The notes: generated by a model from the letters alone, not told the origin. A stretch of DNA of 64,000 nt from Octopus sinensis (GCF_006345805.1 NC_043000.1:74028001-74092000); one strand, 5' to 3'. Numbered from the stretch's first letter, positions 26,871 through 40,424 are shown. Translations and numbers: made by a program.

Positions 26871-27735
26871 CATTACCAACAGATGATGGATGCCTTAATT
26901 TCTGGTGCTGACTCCAGCTTAACTTTCTTCATGGAATAATTTGTCATGATGGCATTACATTCAAAGGATAGATTTGTGGTTGAAAGATTTGCTTCACACC
27001 CATGGGTTTCTGGGTTGTCTTTTACTGTAGTCTTAGGTTGATCAATGTCATGTGAGTCAAATTGGGAGAATGATTCTATGAAGAAGCCCGCAAGATGTGT
27101 TTGTGTGTATGTGTATGTGTTCATTTACATGTTTACTGCTCTAGTATACTAGGCTATCAAAGGTTACTTTCAATGAACAGGCATCGTTAAAATGGGACCC
27201 TGCCCTATGTTTGAAATTATCTCTAATATTGATAGGATCAATGAAAGACACCCAAAGACAGTGCCTGAGCATGGTCATAGCACACTGACTGAAATTAATA
27301 AAAGAAGAAACAATTCTAGGTTTCAAAACATTTTTTAATGATAAACATCCAAATGTAAAGACAATGTTAAATGACTTTTCTCAGTGTAAATGTATGCATA
27401 CATGCATAAATGGAATTTCCTTCTAAGTAGAAGTTCACCCGAAACAAAAGTCATGGAAATTATTAGGATGAATATTCTTTGGGTGGGAGATCAGAATAAA
27501 TAAAAGAATGCAAGTGAATGTGTCATGTAAAGTGGGATGGGTGGGTTGGTGAGGTGCACAGCTGCCTTCAGAAACAACAGTAAAAAATCTTTGGTTTCAT
27601 AATGGTTGAATCATTCGCCCAAAACAATGAGACTTTTTGTTTCTTTTTTAAGACATGTAATAGTAGACATGTAGTGGGGGAATATTTATATTGATAGGAA
27701 TCATTAATTGACAAGAAAATGATTATACATACACC

Positions 27736-27767
<32 letters not shown>

Positions 27768-28111
27768 CAAAATGAGAAAATGGAGAAATATATCCAAATC
27801 AATCATCAACCATCAGATAATACCGAATCAATACTTTATTAAACCACTACACAATAGCAATGATATTATACATTAATATAGTGCAAATATAACAAGACGA
27901 TAGTTGGTACCAAGTTCTATTCAAGTTGTCCTTAAGGACAACTGTCCTCGTCTTGTAAACAACTGTTCTTAGACAAAAGACTGATCTTTCATTGACCAGT
28001 GTTTACTCATCCATTCTTCTGGTGTGGAGGATTTCCCGCTCCTTGGTACAGAACAAGTTCATATATTCATTTCAGTCGTAGATACACAAGCGTTAAGTTT
28101 TATGATAGAGA

Positions 28112-29059
28112 ATGGCCCTTTGCAATTCATGTGAATTAACATTACAGGATGGGATTCGCCGATTTACTAATGACATTGAGGCATTGGATTTTTTTCGAAA
28201 ACATAATATCATTCCTCGCACAGTTGACTGCCCTAGATGCAATTTACCATGTACATTGCAAGGAAATACAAACATCTTCCGATGTGGAAGGACTGTTCGC
28301 CGTCGAAGGCAACGGCCAACACAATGTGGATATTCAATATCCCTATACAGCAATACATTTTTGGGGAAGAGCCAGCTACCACCATGTCAAATCTTGTTAT
28401 TTGTGAATTACTTCCTCATAGACGGTTGGTCGCACTCATTAGCCGTTGAAAATTTGAAAATTTCGTATTCGACCTCAATTGATTGGCGATCCTTCTGCTC
28501 CGAGGTTTGTCAACATTGGGTAGAGAATTACCAGGACCAAATCGGTGGACCAGGAGTTGAAGTGGAGATCGACGAATCTGTTATTGTAAGGAGGAAATAC
28601 AATCGAGGAAGACTGACAAAAACTATCTGGCTCTTCGGTGGAATCGAGCGGGTAGCCAAAAAGAAATTTTTGATACCTCTTTCATCTGAGTGTGGTGAAG
28701 AGGAAAGGCGAGATGCCGCCACACTGATCCCCTTAATTACCCGATATATACGCCAAGGGTCGGTAGTATATAGTGATTCTTGGGGTGCTTATAACTCTCT
28801 TGGAAATATCGGGTATACTCACTTCCGCGTCAACCACAGCGAAAACTTTGTGGATCCGACAAACGCGTCGGTGCACACGCAGACAATAGAGAGATTGTGG
28901 GGGTCAGTGAAGAAATCGGTTGTTCGCCCAGGCATTCGTGCCTGTTACCTAAAACAATACATGGCGAAGTTCCTTTTTTTGGACAGCATCAGACCTGCTG
29001 CCAAGAGAATACACGTATTCTTATTGGCAGCAGCAAGTCTTTATCCTGGCCTGCGATAA
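28112..29059 (+). CDS. Merlin / ISXO2 (IS1595-family)-type DDE transposase, 315 aa, uninterrupted
   Basis: N-terminal CPRC..C..C zinc ribbon, then 'VEIDES..RKYNRGR', 'WLFGGIER', 'YSDSWGAY', 'VNHSENFVDP..VHTQTIERLW'. Confidence 0.9.
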   Translation: MALCNSCELTLQDGIRRFTNDIEALDFFRKHNIIPRTVDCPRCNLPCTLQGNTNIFRCGRTVRRRRQRPTQCGYSISLYSNTFLGKSQLPPCQILLFVNYFLIDGWSHSLAVENLKISYSTSIDWRSFCSEVCQHWVENYQDQIGGPGVEVEIDESVIVRRKYNRGRLTKTIWLFGGIERVAKKKFLIPLSSECGEEERRDAATLIPLITRYIRQGSVVYSDSWGAYNSLGNIGYTHFRVNHSENFVDPTNASVHTQTIERLWGSVKKSVVRPGIRACYLKQYMAKFLFLDSIRPAAKRIHVFLLAAASLYPGLR

Positions 29060-29307
29060 TTTTTTCCTCCAAACGCAACCCATCTCATTTCTTTATCAAC
29101 ACTGTCGATGGACCACTCAAAGAGGTATGTATACATTATCATTTTCGTAACATAATTTCTGTAGTATTTCAAGATGTTTCTGACACGTATTTTGATTCAC
29201 ATGGCAGAGATTCAACATTTCTTCACTTTTTCCAGAATTTCTTCTCTTTATTTTTTTTTTTTTTGCGAAATATGTACAAAAATACGGAGTTTATGATTCA
29301 TGTATGA

Positions 29308-29578
29308 ATTTCCGAAGCCTCTCCCCCACCCCACTTTCGCGAGCGCGCATTTTTTTTGTCCTATTCGTTTAGAGCAATTTTTTTTACACCTATTACGCTG
29401 TTTTTGTTTTTGTTTTTGTGCCCGGTTCAGACGCTTTCGGAAATTCCCGACATAAATTTTCCGAGGCCTCTCCCCCACCCCTCTTTCGCGAGAGCGCATT
29501 TTTTTTTTCATATTCGTTTAGAGCAAGTTGTTTTACACATATTACACTATTTTTTTTTTGTTTTGGTGCCCGGGTCAG
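29308..29578. repeat. Two ~150-bp direct repeats downstream of the Merlin transposase
   Basis: 'tttccga.gcctctcccccacccc.ctttcgcgag.gcgcattttttt' occurs at about 29308 and 29457. Confidence 0.8.
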
Positions 29579-30564
29579 CCCCTCAGCCCCTCAGACGCCC
29601 TATATTAACCGATATTTATGCGTATGAATCTTTTTCTTTTTATTTTGTTTCAAATATAATTCTAGGGAACTGAAAAACTGTGTACGACGCCAAGCGAATT
29701 TAGTTGTTTACGAAAAGCGGATATTTACACGCTGGCTACGAGTAATAAAAAATTTCAGTTGTGTTTACATTTCACATCAAATGTGTTTACTACGTCACCA
29801 AATTGGTAGTCACGTCTATTGAGACGGAGTAAATAATATCAAGCCGAAAGATAGAATACTATTGGTTAAAATTCTAATTATTAAACAATGTTAAACTTAG
29901 AAGTTACAATTCCGTTTTCATTCTGGTTTACAATTAAGTTTACTTTTGACACATTCTACCAGTATACGAAGTTTCAAATTGTTTGGTTCAGTAGGAAAAA
30001 TTTGAAAAAATTGGCTTCGAAAATGAAAAGATCCCACCAATCTTCTCCTCTTGGTTCTGTCTCACTGTATCATATCATTACTATCCGCTTTGCCTCCGAC
30101 CTGTGTGTTCCATCCACATGTGACAAGAAAACTTTTCACACACCATACACCAAAAAAAAAAAACAATCTATAACTCTACTTTCCTTCTGTTCCTCACATT
30201 TCCTCCTTCATACACTATGCCTACCTCTCACTCCCCAATCCTGTCCTCACAGCCCTGTTTCTCTGTATCATTGCTATCCAGCAGCCACCGACCCAACCCA
30301 CTCTATATATACCTATGTTTTCACCACCCATTTCCCCACCCCTCCACACTCTTTAATCCCACTCCTTTCATAATATTTTGCCACTTGGTATCATTGCTAT
30401 CCAGGTGTCTTCCTTCACTCAGATTTTCACAACTCACTTTCCCATCCCTCCACACTCTATAATCCCACTCGTGAATTCGTATTTCCCTCCAGAATCCCAC
30501 CATGTGAGTCACAAAAATAGTACTGCCAAAAGAAGATTTGTAGTATTGTCATAGATAAAAATAG

Positions 30565-31114
30565 TCAGTACAGATATAGGGTGAAATATAATTAATTCAA
30601 TAAAACCAACAAATTTCACCTAGTAGTATTTTGGAGTAGATTCTAGTAGATTCTGGAGGGAAATACGAATTCACTTGTGGATATGCTAGTTGACTTTTGT
30701 ATTTTTCGATGTTGCTTGGTCGAAAATATAAGAGGTAAGTTTTCCTAGCATTTCTAGATTTATGAGGAGTATTATGTTGATAAAGGAAATGAACCTTACG
30801 ATTCTAATCCAGAAACGTACGTCCATAATTAATCCGAAGACTGTGTGATTTCGGTGTTTTTCTTCTTTTTCTGCCATATGTGAGTTACAAACATTGTTGT
30901 CTGTGGAGACTTCATTTGTAGTAAAAGGAAATAGTAGCCCTTTGGCTGCTATTTCTAATATTTTCGGTATGTGGTTTAAGCAACTTGTTGCAAAAAACCC
31001 TTATTATTATAATTATATAAATTTTTACCGAATATGGTCCTTTTCCATACAGAAATACTACTAGGTGAAATTTGTTGATTTTATTAAATTAATTATATTT
31101 CACCCTATATCTGT

Positions 31115-31119
<5 letters not shown>
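30565..31119 (+). mobile_element. Non-coding PLE pseudo-LTR-type unit with 67-bp inverted ends
   Basis: 30565-30631 is the reverse complement of 31053-31119. Contains an HHR and ends in (TA)n. Confidence 0.7.
30771..30829 (+). ncRNA. Hammerhead ribozyme, U3-A8 core variant
   Basis: AUUAUG-UUGAUAA-AGGA...UCCA-GAAAC-GUAC-GUC-CAUAAU. Confidence 0.75.
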
Positions 31120-31156
<37 letters not shown>

Positions 31157-31251
31157 TAATCCAAACAAGAAAGCCCAAAAAGCACAACAACGCGAGGACG
31201 TGGAACAAATATAGTATTATTGGACGCTCATGAAAGAAGGAAAGAAGGAGG

Positions 31252-31286
31252 GTTTAACGTTTCGAGCGGATCTCTTCGTCGGAAAC
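31252..31286 (-). ncRNA. Minimal hammerhead-like variant in a PLE terminal fragment
   Basis: GUUU-CCGACGAA-GAGA(UCC)GCUC-GAAAC-GUU-AAAC. Confidence 0.5.
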
Positions 31287-31500
31287 ATAGGAAAAAGAAA
31301 GATCCAGAGAAGGGAAGACAGAGGGAAAAATCGCCAACGGCGCACACGCGGTCATATATATATGTATGTATACGTGTGTACATGTTCACACATGTTCACG
31401 CATACACACATCCGCGTACACATACATACATACGTATACACACATCTATATATACATATATCTATAAGCACATATACATATATATATATATACATACATA

Positions 31501-33218
31501 CTAGCATTATGACCCGGCAACGCCAGGTCATAGTGCTAGTGCATATATATATGTTTACATATTACATGTACATATATATATACATCTACGCGTAAAATAC
31601 AAAGTTATATCTTGATATAGCTAGTGATAACAATACTCAAAATATATAACAGACTGGAATTGTAGGCCCGTCTCTTGCAATTTCGATCAATTGTATATTG
31701 TCCTCCCTCTTGTATAGAAGTGTGGCTACAATCCAGCCTATCTCTACTTCTGGTGGGAGGACATTCTTAATTTTTATCCGGGATGTCCTACGTCCCAGAT
31801 ATAAAGGTAAAAATAAAATATTTCCACTTTGCAAGGTTCGAGTCGAGTACTTCCTTTGATGCTCTGTTGACTCGAACCTTGCTTCTTTTGTGGCGAATTT
31901 ACCGCCTCTGATTAGATACTTGATATCTTTCATAGTTGCACCAAGACACTTTTCAATGGTGCTTTCCTCCAGGTGATCAAATCGTTTTTTTTTCTCTACA
32001 TTGTATACTTTATAGGCAATAGTCTTTTCTTTAATTTAATTTTTTATTTCGTTTGGTGGTGTTATTCTAGATTCACCGTCTTTGTCGGTGATCAATCCGA
32101 AATAGGTTTGTATTTCTTCCATTTTAATTTTAATGAGTTCGCCGCCCGCCGACGGCTACAGCGAAATTCATTTTTGGACTTTCTTCCATCGAAGACATTG
32201 TAACAAAAATGCTTCCGTGTAAACGGTGAAAATATTGTCAATTTCCCCAAACAGGGACACAATTCAATTTTTAAACAATAACCAAAGCTCCTTCTCTAAA
32301 AGGGGGAGGGTTACGGTTTACAATTATTTAACAAATGCAACACAACAACGCTTCTCTTACGAGGAACCAGCAAACGTGATAACAATAGTAAAACAGTAAT
32401 AATAATAACAACAAACCTTACGGTAAACCAAAATGCAGTACTCTTTTGAAGCTATAGGCCTTTATGGATCAGAAATAAACCAACAGCGGTACTCAGTAGA
32501 AGCATCTTTCGAGAAAACAGACATTACATACAGCCAAACTTCATATAGATACTTAATGTTAGCTAATTAGCAAATAATCTAATGTAAAAGCCGTGCACAC
32601 CTCCATCTGGACTATTCCATTTCTGCACTTAAATTTTATTTTTTATTTATTCCCATTCATGTGAAACCACTGATTCAAGTTCAAGTCATTGATGCAATTT
32701 TATACCAATAGCTATTTTTACTTTTGTTATGTTACGATTATATTAAACTTTAGTTTGATTTTAATTATTACTTACTACATATAATTTAATTGTTATTATT
32801 ATTTTTATTGTTAAAGTGAAATCATCTGACATAAAATAGAGAAATGTTTTTGTTTCACTTTTAACACGTAATACTGAAATAGTGGAGAAGATATGATATT
32901 GCTATGGGCTCGCTCTGGGCAAGAAGTTGAACATTTTTTTTTGCCCATGAAACTACATGGACCCTAAGTAAGGCATGTGTAAAGTTTGAATGAAATTGGT
33001 CGTGTAGTTCTCAAGTTTTAGGGAATCGTAGTGGAGAAGATATGATATTGCTGTGGGCTCGCCCTAGGCAAAAAGTTAAACATTTTTTTGCCGATGACAC
33101 TCCCCGGACCCTAAGTAAAGCATGTGTAAAATTTGAATGAAATTGGTTGTGTAGTTCTCAAGTTTTAGGGAAACACACAGACAGACAGACACACATTCTC
33201 AGTTTTATATATATAGAG
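31501..33218 (-). mobile_element. Non-autonomous Helitron-like element with captured internal fragment
   Basis: The minus strand starts TC-TATATATATAAAA..(TGTC)n and ends with a GC hairpin plus CTAG at 31501-31540. Internal ~150-bp tandem at 32880-33170 and a coding-like fragment at 31637-31970. Confidence 0.6.
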
Positions 33219-33330
33219 ATATGCATATATACATCCACATACATATACATACACACATATATATATGCGCACACATACTCACACATATACATACACACAC
33301 ATACATATGCACATATACATACACATACAC

Positions 33331-33401
<71 letters not shown>

Positions 33402-33594
33402 CATATATACAGATACCCCTACATATATACACATACAAATGTACACCTATACATACCTAACGCATATATACATACAAATATACTACATATACATGCACAC
33501 ATATGTACATATCCACATACCTATACATTCTCGAATCTACAAGCCCACACGTGTATATATAAATATATATATATGCATACACATACATATGCAT

Positions 33595-33638
<44 letters not shown>

Positions 33639-34439
33639 ATATGCATACACATATATATGTACACATCAACACATACACACACACATATGCATACACTTAT
33701 ATATACCTACATATACACATATCTAAACACATATGTACATCCCCAAATACTCATACATAAAATACATAAAAATAAACATATATACACACACACATATGCA
33801 CACACAGGTACATACATACACACACACATACATACACATACATATGCCCTCACACACATACCCATATATACGCACATACACACACACACACACATATACA
33901 TATATACATGTGTGTGAGTGTGTGTACACTTCCACTCGTTCACGCATGCATACGTGTAAATTTCAAAATGTATAGATTTTCATACCTATACGCCGGAGGA
34001 TTCATTCATACACACACGCAAAAGCATCACACCTTCTAAATATCTATCTTGATTTTGGGGATGTAACAGTTTTAATTAATTAGCAAGTTAATAATTAAAT
34101 GTAAGGATAAAATAAACGGTAAAATTAGAGAAAAGTAAAAAATACAGTAAAATTAGAGAGAAAAAAATTAGAGAGAAAGAAAAAAATGAATGACTAAATA
34201 AATAGAATAAAAAAAAGTAAACAAAAAAGTAAAAATAAAAGTAAAAGTAAAATCAGGAAAATCCCAGAAAAGATAGGAAAAAGATGGGGAAAAAATAAGA
34301 AGAAAAAGGAAAATAGGAAAACATAGGAAAGAAATAGGAAAGGAAAAAAATAAGAGAAAAATCATAAGAAAAATAAGAAAGGTGAGAAAGATACATTAAA
34401 TAAGAAAACTTAAGAAAAAGCACAACATCAAAGTACAAA

Positions 34440-34997
34440 AGCAGAGATTATAATGGAAAAAATAATCGAAAGATACTGGAGATAACAATATTGTAAATGG
34501 CTATGAAGATATTACAGTGGAGAATTAAGGATTATGAAATTTAAGCCTTATAATATTTGAAACTTTTAGTTAATTTATGCATACATGATGGTTTAAATTC
34601 AGATCTTTTATTAATTAGTTTGTTTTTATCTTTGAATTTACTGACTTTTAGAAGTTCTACGCAACATAGCTGGCATCCTGTTCTATTATTTTTATAAGAC
34701 GCAGCTGATCCGATAATGGACCATCTAAGGTTAAATTTGATATTATTGTCCTTAAGTTCCCAAATTTTTCTAGTCTTGTGTTTGAGCCTAAAAATTTTTA
34801 GGCTTAAAGGCTCAAACACAAGGCTAGTAGTTCATCTTTATCAAGAAAAAATTGGGAACTTAAGGACAATAATATTGAATTTAACCTTAGATGGTCCTAA
34901 AACTTGAGCCTAAAATATCTGTAATATCTTCATAGCCATTTACAATATTGTTATCTCCAGTATCTTTCGATTATTTTTTCCATTATAATCTCTGCTT
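34440..34997 (-). mobile_element. PLE GIY-YIG C-terminal fragment with nested inversions
   Basis: ORF 34541-34819 'IWELKD..WSII..CQLCCVE..NKRSE..CMH'. 34441-34517 is inverted at 34919-34995. Confidence 0.85.
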
Positions 34998-34998
34998 C

Positions 34999-35610
34999 TG
35001 CACCAGACTCCAATCTGACGTGGCAGAGTTTCTACAGCTGGATACCCTTCCTAACACCAACCACTCTGAGAGTGTAGTGGGTGCTTTTAAGTGTCACCGG
35101 TAAGAGGGGCAGTCTGGAAGTACTGGCAACAGCCACTCTCAAATGGTATATTTTTATGTGCCACCTGCACAGGAGTCAGTCCAGCAGCACTGACAACGAC
35201 CTCGCTCAAATGCTTTGTTCACGTGCCAGTAAGGTGACGCTGGTAATGATCACGTTCAAATGGTGGTTTTTACATGCCACTGGCACGGAAGCCAGATGGC
35301 TGCTCTGGCAGTGATCCCGCTTGGATGAAGCTGTTAGCGCTCCATTGGCATGGGTGCCAGTCGTCGAATTTGGTTCAATTTCGATTTCACTTGCCTCAAC
35401 AGGTCTTCACAAGCAGAGTTTTGTGTCAAAAGAAGGAAAGGTACGCATAAGTGGGCTGGCTACACCCTTGGTAAAGGCCACGGGTTATGGTCTCACTTGT
35501 CTTGCCAGGTCTTCTCACACACAGCATAGCATTTAATTGAAAACATTTTGTAATGTATGATAGACACAGGTTTCAGACAGTTTCTTTTTGGATGGAAGTA
35601 TCATCATATA
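34999..35610 (-). repeat. Near-identical inverted copy of 18810-19421
   Basis: ORF-track translations of the two copies are almost identical. The copy includes sequence upstream of the SINE body. Confidence 0.9.
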
Positions 35611-35669
35611 TGTGTAGGTATATGTATGTGTATATATATACATATATATATATATACGTATATACATAT

Positions 35670-37866
35670 ATATCTCCAGGGAGGAGACTAATGTGATATT
35701 GACTGCTAGGAAATCTTTCATCCAGTTCGATAGCAAGTTGTGGGTCGGTAGAGATACTCCTAATGCGTTTGATGTACTAATGGGAAGTACAGACAGCGCC
35801 CAGATAGCCGATTTGGTCGAAATTTATATTCTTTATGAAATGGCCGACCAGTTCCCGACGATTGTCTGCTTTACCTCCAAAACGTTTCGAATCAAAAAAT
35901 ACAGAAGGTTAAGAACAGATTAGTTAGGTTTTTTAGTAGAATGGGCTTTCGCATCGTCTTTGACGATGAATTAACTAAAGCCAACTTCTTAGACATTACC
36001 CTCAATCTGCAGAATAACTCATACTTCCCTTATCATAAACCTTCCACAAATCTTAAGTATATTAGCATTTACAGTAATCATGCCAGGCCAGTTACCGATA
36101 ATTTAGTCAAAAACATATCCTTGAGACTGTCTAAATTATCTGCCAATGTCGACATCTTTAACCAAAAGGCTGACTTCTATAACGCCGCCTTGTTAAAAGC
36201 CGGTTATAAGGAGAAAATGTCATACATCGATTCAGCTCATTCTAAACCAGCATCTGCTTCTCCAGATAGAAAAGTTACTCGTAATAGGAATAGTGATTTC
36301 AATTCTAATAGTGTCTTTACGGACTAGGGGAGGTAAGCGCCATTCAACCCCAAATTTCCAACCCAGAAATTTTCCCCTTACTTTCACAAATAACACTAAG
36401 TACAATTCAAAGGCCACAAAAAACTGTATCTGGTTCGTAATACCTTTCGGAAAACAAATTAAATCGAACCTTCCCTTGCAGTTCCGTGAAGCCGTTGTTA
36501 GGAACTTTCCCAGAAATTCTAGATATCATTCTAATATCAATTCCCACATAGTTAGAAACGCTTTCTCTAACACTAGAAATCTTTCACAAATTATATCTTC
36601 TCACAATACCAAGCTGTTAAACAAAGGTTCTTCACCCGGGAGTTCCAACACTAATCTTGCTAATTCCAACCCATCATACAATCATAATAATAGGAATAGC
36701 ATTGGCAGCAGCGATAGTGTTAACAATGATAATATTAATAATAGTATTAGTCGTGTTAATAACAATGGTAATATTGATGGTAATAACAATAACGGTATTA
36801 TTGTCGGTGGTATTACTGGTTGTATTACCATTAATAATACTAATAATAATAGAAATAGTGTAGTTGTTGGCGCTAATAATAATAGTAACAACAATCATAG
36901 CAATAAAAACTTCGTTTCGATCTCGGAGGACAACCCCAACAGAAGTAAATTTTTGTCTAGTAATTCTAAGATTAAGAATTCTATTTACCAGTGTAGAATT
37001 TCTTCCGGTACCGATGTCTTCTTCTATATAGGAGCGTCCACTTCCCAGTTATCTAAAAGAATTTCAAACCATTATTCAACATTCAGGGATAGTAAAAAAC
37101 GACATAGTACAGGGCTAAGTAAATTAGTTTGGCGTCTTAAAGACAACAATACAAATTTCAAGTTAGATTGGTTCATACTGACTGTATCCTGTCCTTTTGA
37201 TAAGGGCAGGAGATTTTGTAACATTTGCAACTCTGAACTCTTCCATATTCTCTTCTCTAAGGTTCCCCTTGTAAACACACTCATAGAAAAATCATACAAA
37301 TGTAAACACTGGCAGAAACATACTTTCTACTCATATAAATGATAACGATAGTCACTGTGGTTTGAACAATTAGCTTAACGTGCACTCCACTTCAATAGCG
37401 AAATTCTTTCCTAAGCCTTCGAACATTCTTTCAATCAACGTACCCTTCCCTCTCCATTTGTTCCCTACCTATTATTCCTTTAACCCTTCTCTTCCTACTA
37501 TCTATCTTTGACGTCAATTCTTCTAACGGTTTTTTTAAAACACTCATTATCGTTTGTAAGCAGTCATCGAAATTTTTGCTTGTCTTGTTGTCAATGAGAA
37601 GATTGCTTAATGCACCCTTTATTCCTTTGGAATGAAACCATGTTGTCTTCGAAACATATGTCGAGAGTAAAGGAATTTTGTTAACATCTTCGTTCGACTC
37701 CATTCTTTCATTTATTCATATACAACACACAAATTTCTGCACATGAACCCGGAGTTTCTACCCTTGGACAGGTCGCTTCATCCGTGTTTCTGACGTGAAT
37801 TTGCTACCCTGGTTTCGGTTCAACGAATTTTCCATGCTGACGATAAACATAGGATAATTCATTCCC

Positions 37867-37870
<4 letters not shown>
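35670..37870 (+). mobile_element. 5'-truncated, frameshifted Penelope-like element (RT, Asn-rich linker, GIY-YIG, 3' UTR)
   Basis: Motifs 'FDVLMGSTDSAQIADLV', 'NFLDITLNL..PYHKP..SNH', 'IYQC..FYIGAST..KRISNH..CNICNSE..CKH'. Confidence 0.9.
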
Positions 37871-37897
<27 letters not shown>

Positions 37898-39090
37898 CTA
37901 GCTGAAGGTGACCCGCTCTACGCGCGGGTAAGAGTGTGGGTGTTACTTTCTGTTGCTTCCTTTCAGCACGTAAAAAGCACCATCCGAACGTGGCCGATTG
38001 CAGCATCGCCTTGACTTGCTTCTGTGCTGGTGGCACGTAAAAAGCACCAACCGATCGTTGCCACTGCGAGCCCCCCTGGCACCAGTGCCGGCGGCACGAA
38101 AAAAGCACTCACTACACTCACAGTGTGGTTGGCGTTAGGAAGGTCATCCACCTGTAGAAACACTGCCAGATCAGACTGGAGCCTGGTGCAGCCTCCTGGC
38201 TTCCGAGACCCCGGTCACACTGCCCAACCCGTGCTAGCACGGAAAACGGACGTTAAACGATGATGATGATGATGATTCTCCGTATTTGTTTCTCTCTCCT
38301 TTCTCTCTCACTTTCCCACTCTCTTACTTTTCTTTTCTCTCTGACTCTCTCTCGCTTTCTCTTACTCTCTATCTTTATCTATCTCTCTCCCATTTATAAA
38401 CAACAGAAGATCTTGAGTAAGTTGAGAAATAAAATATTTAGAAAGATCAATCAGAAATATGAGGCAGTGGCAATGGAAAGGTCTGCTTCAAGGCAGACAG
38501 CAAAACGCTAACATTCAAAAGGGACAGACGAACTTGCGAGCTGAATAAAAATGATAAAATATTGGAAACCAAAGTTTGAAGGGATAGAATCTGAGGATAG
38601 TAGAGTCACCATGGCTGGCATTTGTTAACGACGGACAGCAACGTAGTGACAGTTTAACGGCTGGCGTAAAATTTTGAACTTGATGTAAAAGAAAATTCGT
38701 AAACAGCAAGTTTTGAAGTGATTCTTTCTCACGACAGTAGACTCACCATAGCAAGCATTCAAAACTTCTTTATCATGGACGGCAACACATTGACGATTAA
38801 AATGCTGGCGCAAATTTTTTAGCTTGATGCAACAGAGAATTCCTAAACACCCGCTCTTTGAAATTTTAATCCCCTTCCAGCCCCATTTAGACCCCTTTTC
38901 ACATTTTGGTTAATATAACCCGATTTCATTCGGGTGTACTGGGGCCACATTTTATAAGATGAGGAATTTTGTCCTAGAGGTGACGCCTTTCATTTGAGGA
39001 ACAAAATAGTTGTGATGCAAACTTGTCAGCACCTTTAACATAGGTGTGCATATTTTCAGGTGAATCGACCGACTACGTAATGCACACATA
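37898..39090 (-). mobile_element. Non-autonomous Helitron-like element containing an RTE 3'-end SINE (37960-38275, +)
   Basis: CTAG next to the hairpin acccgc-tctacgc-gcgggt at the left end, inserted in (TA)n. Confidence 0.5.
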
Positions 39091-39100
39091 TATATATGTG

Positions 39101-39136
<36 letters not shown>

Positions 39137-39276
39137 CGCATTATATATACAAATGTATACAAATGAGATATATATCTGTATAAATTAAATTAGAGATAAA
39201 ACCACTAATAGGCAATCAAACAGTGAAAAACCAAAAACAAAAACATAAAAAAAGAAAATATAACATAGAAAATATA

Positions 39277-40294
39277 TCTATATATATAAAACTGTAGTTG
39301 TGTGAGTGTCTGTCCCCTTCGATTTAGATTCCTAACTACTCCCAAATGTTGCGGTGCAGTTTAACCAAATTCGGGTATCTTATAGTCGTGATTCATATCG
39401 AGCCCGTCTGGGTATTAGCGCGCGTCTACGATGAGTGTACGATTTTAAAAATAATTTAACATCATTTTTTATTCCATTTTAATGCATATTTTTTCGTGTG
39501 TCGATGGCGGCGGAGTTGGCGTCCACGCTCACGCCTGCACCTGTGTTGCTTCTCCCCCTTCTTCCCTCCCTCGTGAAGCTGTGGGGAAGGGAGTGTAAGG
39601 AAATCAACGTCGTAATGCGTTGTGAAGGAGACCAGCGTTCTTTTAGAACAACGACTTCATGGCTTGAAGTCGCCAAAACAGAAATCGCTAAAAAAGCTGA
39701 AACAGATCCACAAAAACGGCAAAAACCGCCACACAGGGCAGGTTTCCTGTGCAAACAATTTGCACAACCGAATGTTTTAGTTGTTGCACAAATCTTTATA
39801 TATAAAAGTAAGGTTGTGTGTCTGTCTCCTACGATTTAGATTCCTAACTACTCCCACATTTTGCGGTGCAGTGTAACCAAAACCGGGTATCTTATAGTCG
39901 TGATTCATATCGAGCCCTTCTGGGTATTAGCGCGCGTCTACGATGAGTCTACGATTTAAAAAAAAATTTACCATCATTTTTTATTCCATTTTAATGCATT
40001 TTTCGCTATTATATAAGGGAAGTAACTCTCTAAAAATGTCTACGATGAGTCAACGATTAAAAAAAAATTACCATCATTTTTTTAATTCCATTTTAATGCA
40101 TTTTTCGCTATTATATAAGGGAAGTAACTCTCTAAAAATGTCTACGATGAGTCAACGATTTAAAAAAGAAATTACTATCATTTTTTATTCCATCTTTAAT
40201 GCATTTTTTGCTATTTTTTTTGCTATAACTCACTAAAAATGCTTATATAATTATTTCCCTTACAAACCCGAGCAACGCCGGGCGATACTGCTAG
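39277..40294 (+). mobile_element. Non-autonomous Helitron-like element with duplicated 5' end
   Basis: Starts TC-TATATATATAAAA, with a second 5' module at about 39793 and ~100-bp internal tandems. Ends with hairpin cccg-agcaacgc-cggg and CTAG. Confidence 0.7.
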
Positions 40295-40424
40295 TAAAAT
40301 ATAAAATTGAAAAGTTTAAATTATTTAAATTGAAAAAAAAAATTATGAAATTATATTTATAATTTGTTTAAAAAGTATGAAAAAGTTTAATATATATAAA
40401 TACAGATATATACACTTTGTATAT

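Noticed and set aside
33147-33975. Long ORFs rich in Y/I/H/T or V/C/M, here and at many other positions
   Set aside because: They are translations of (TA)n, (CA)n and (TACA)n microsatellites, not genes.
37585-37670. HHR-like remnant GAAGA...UCUUC-GAAAC-AUAU-GUC downstream of the PLE
   Set aside because: The upper core reads UCAAUGA and stem I does not pair. At best a decayed ribozyme, so it was not counted.
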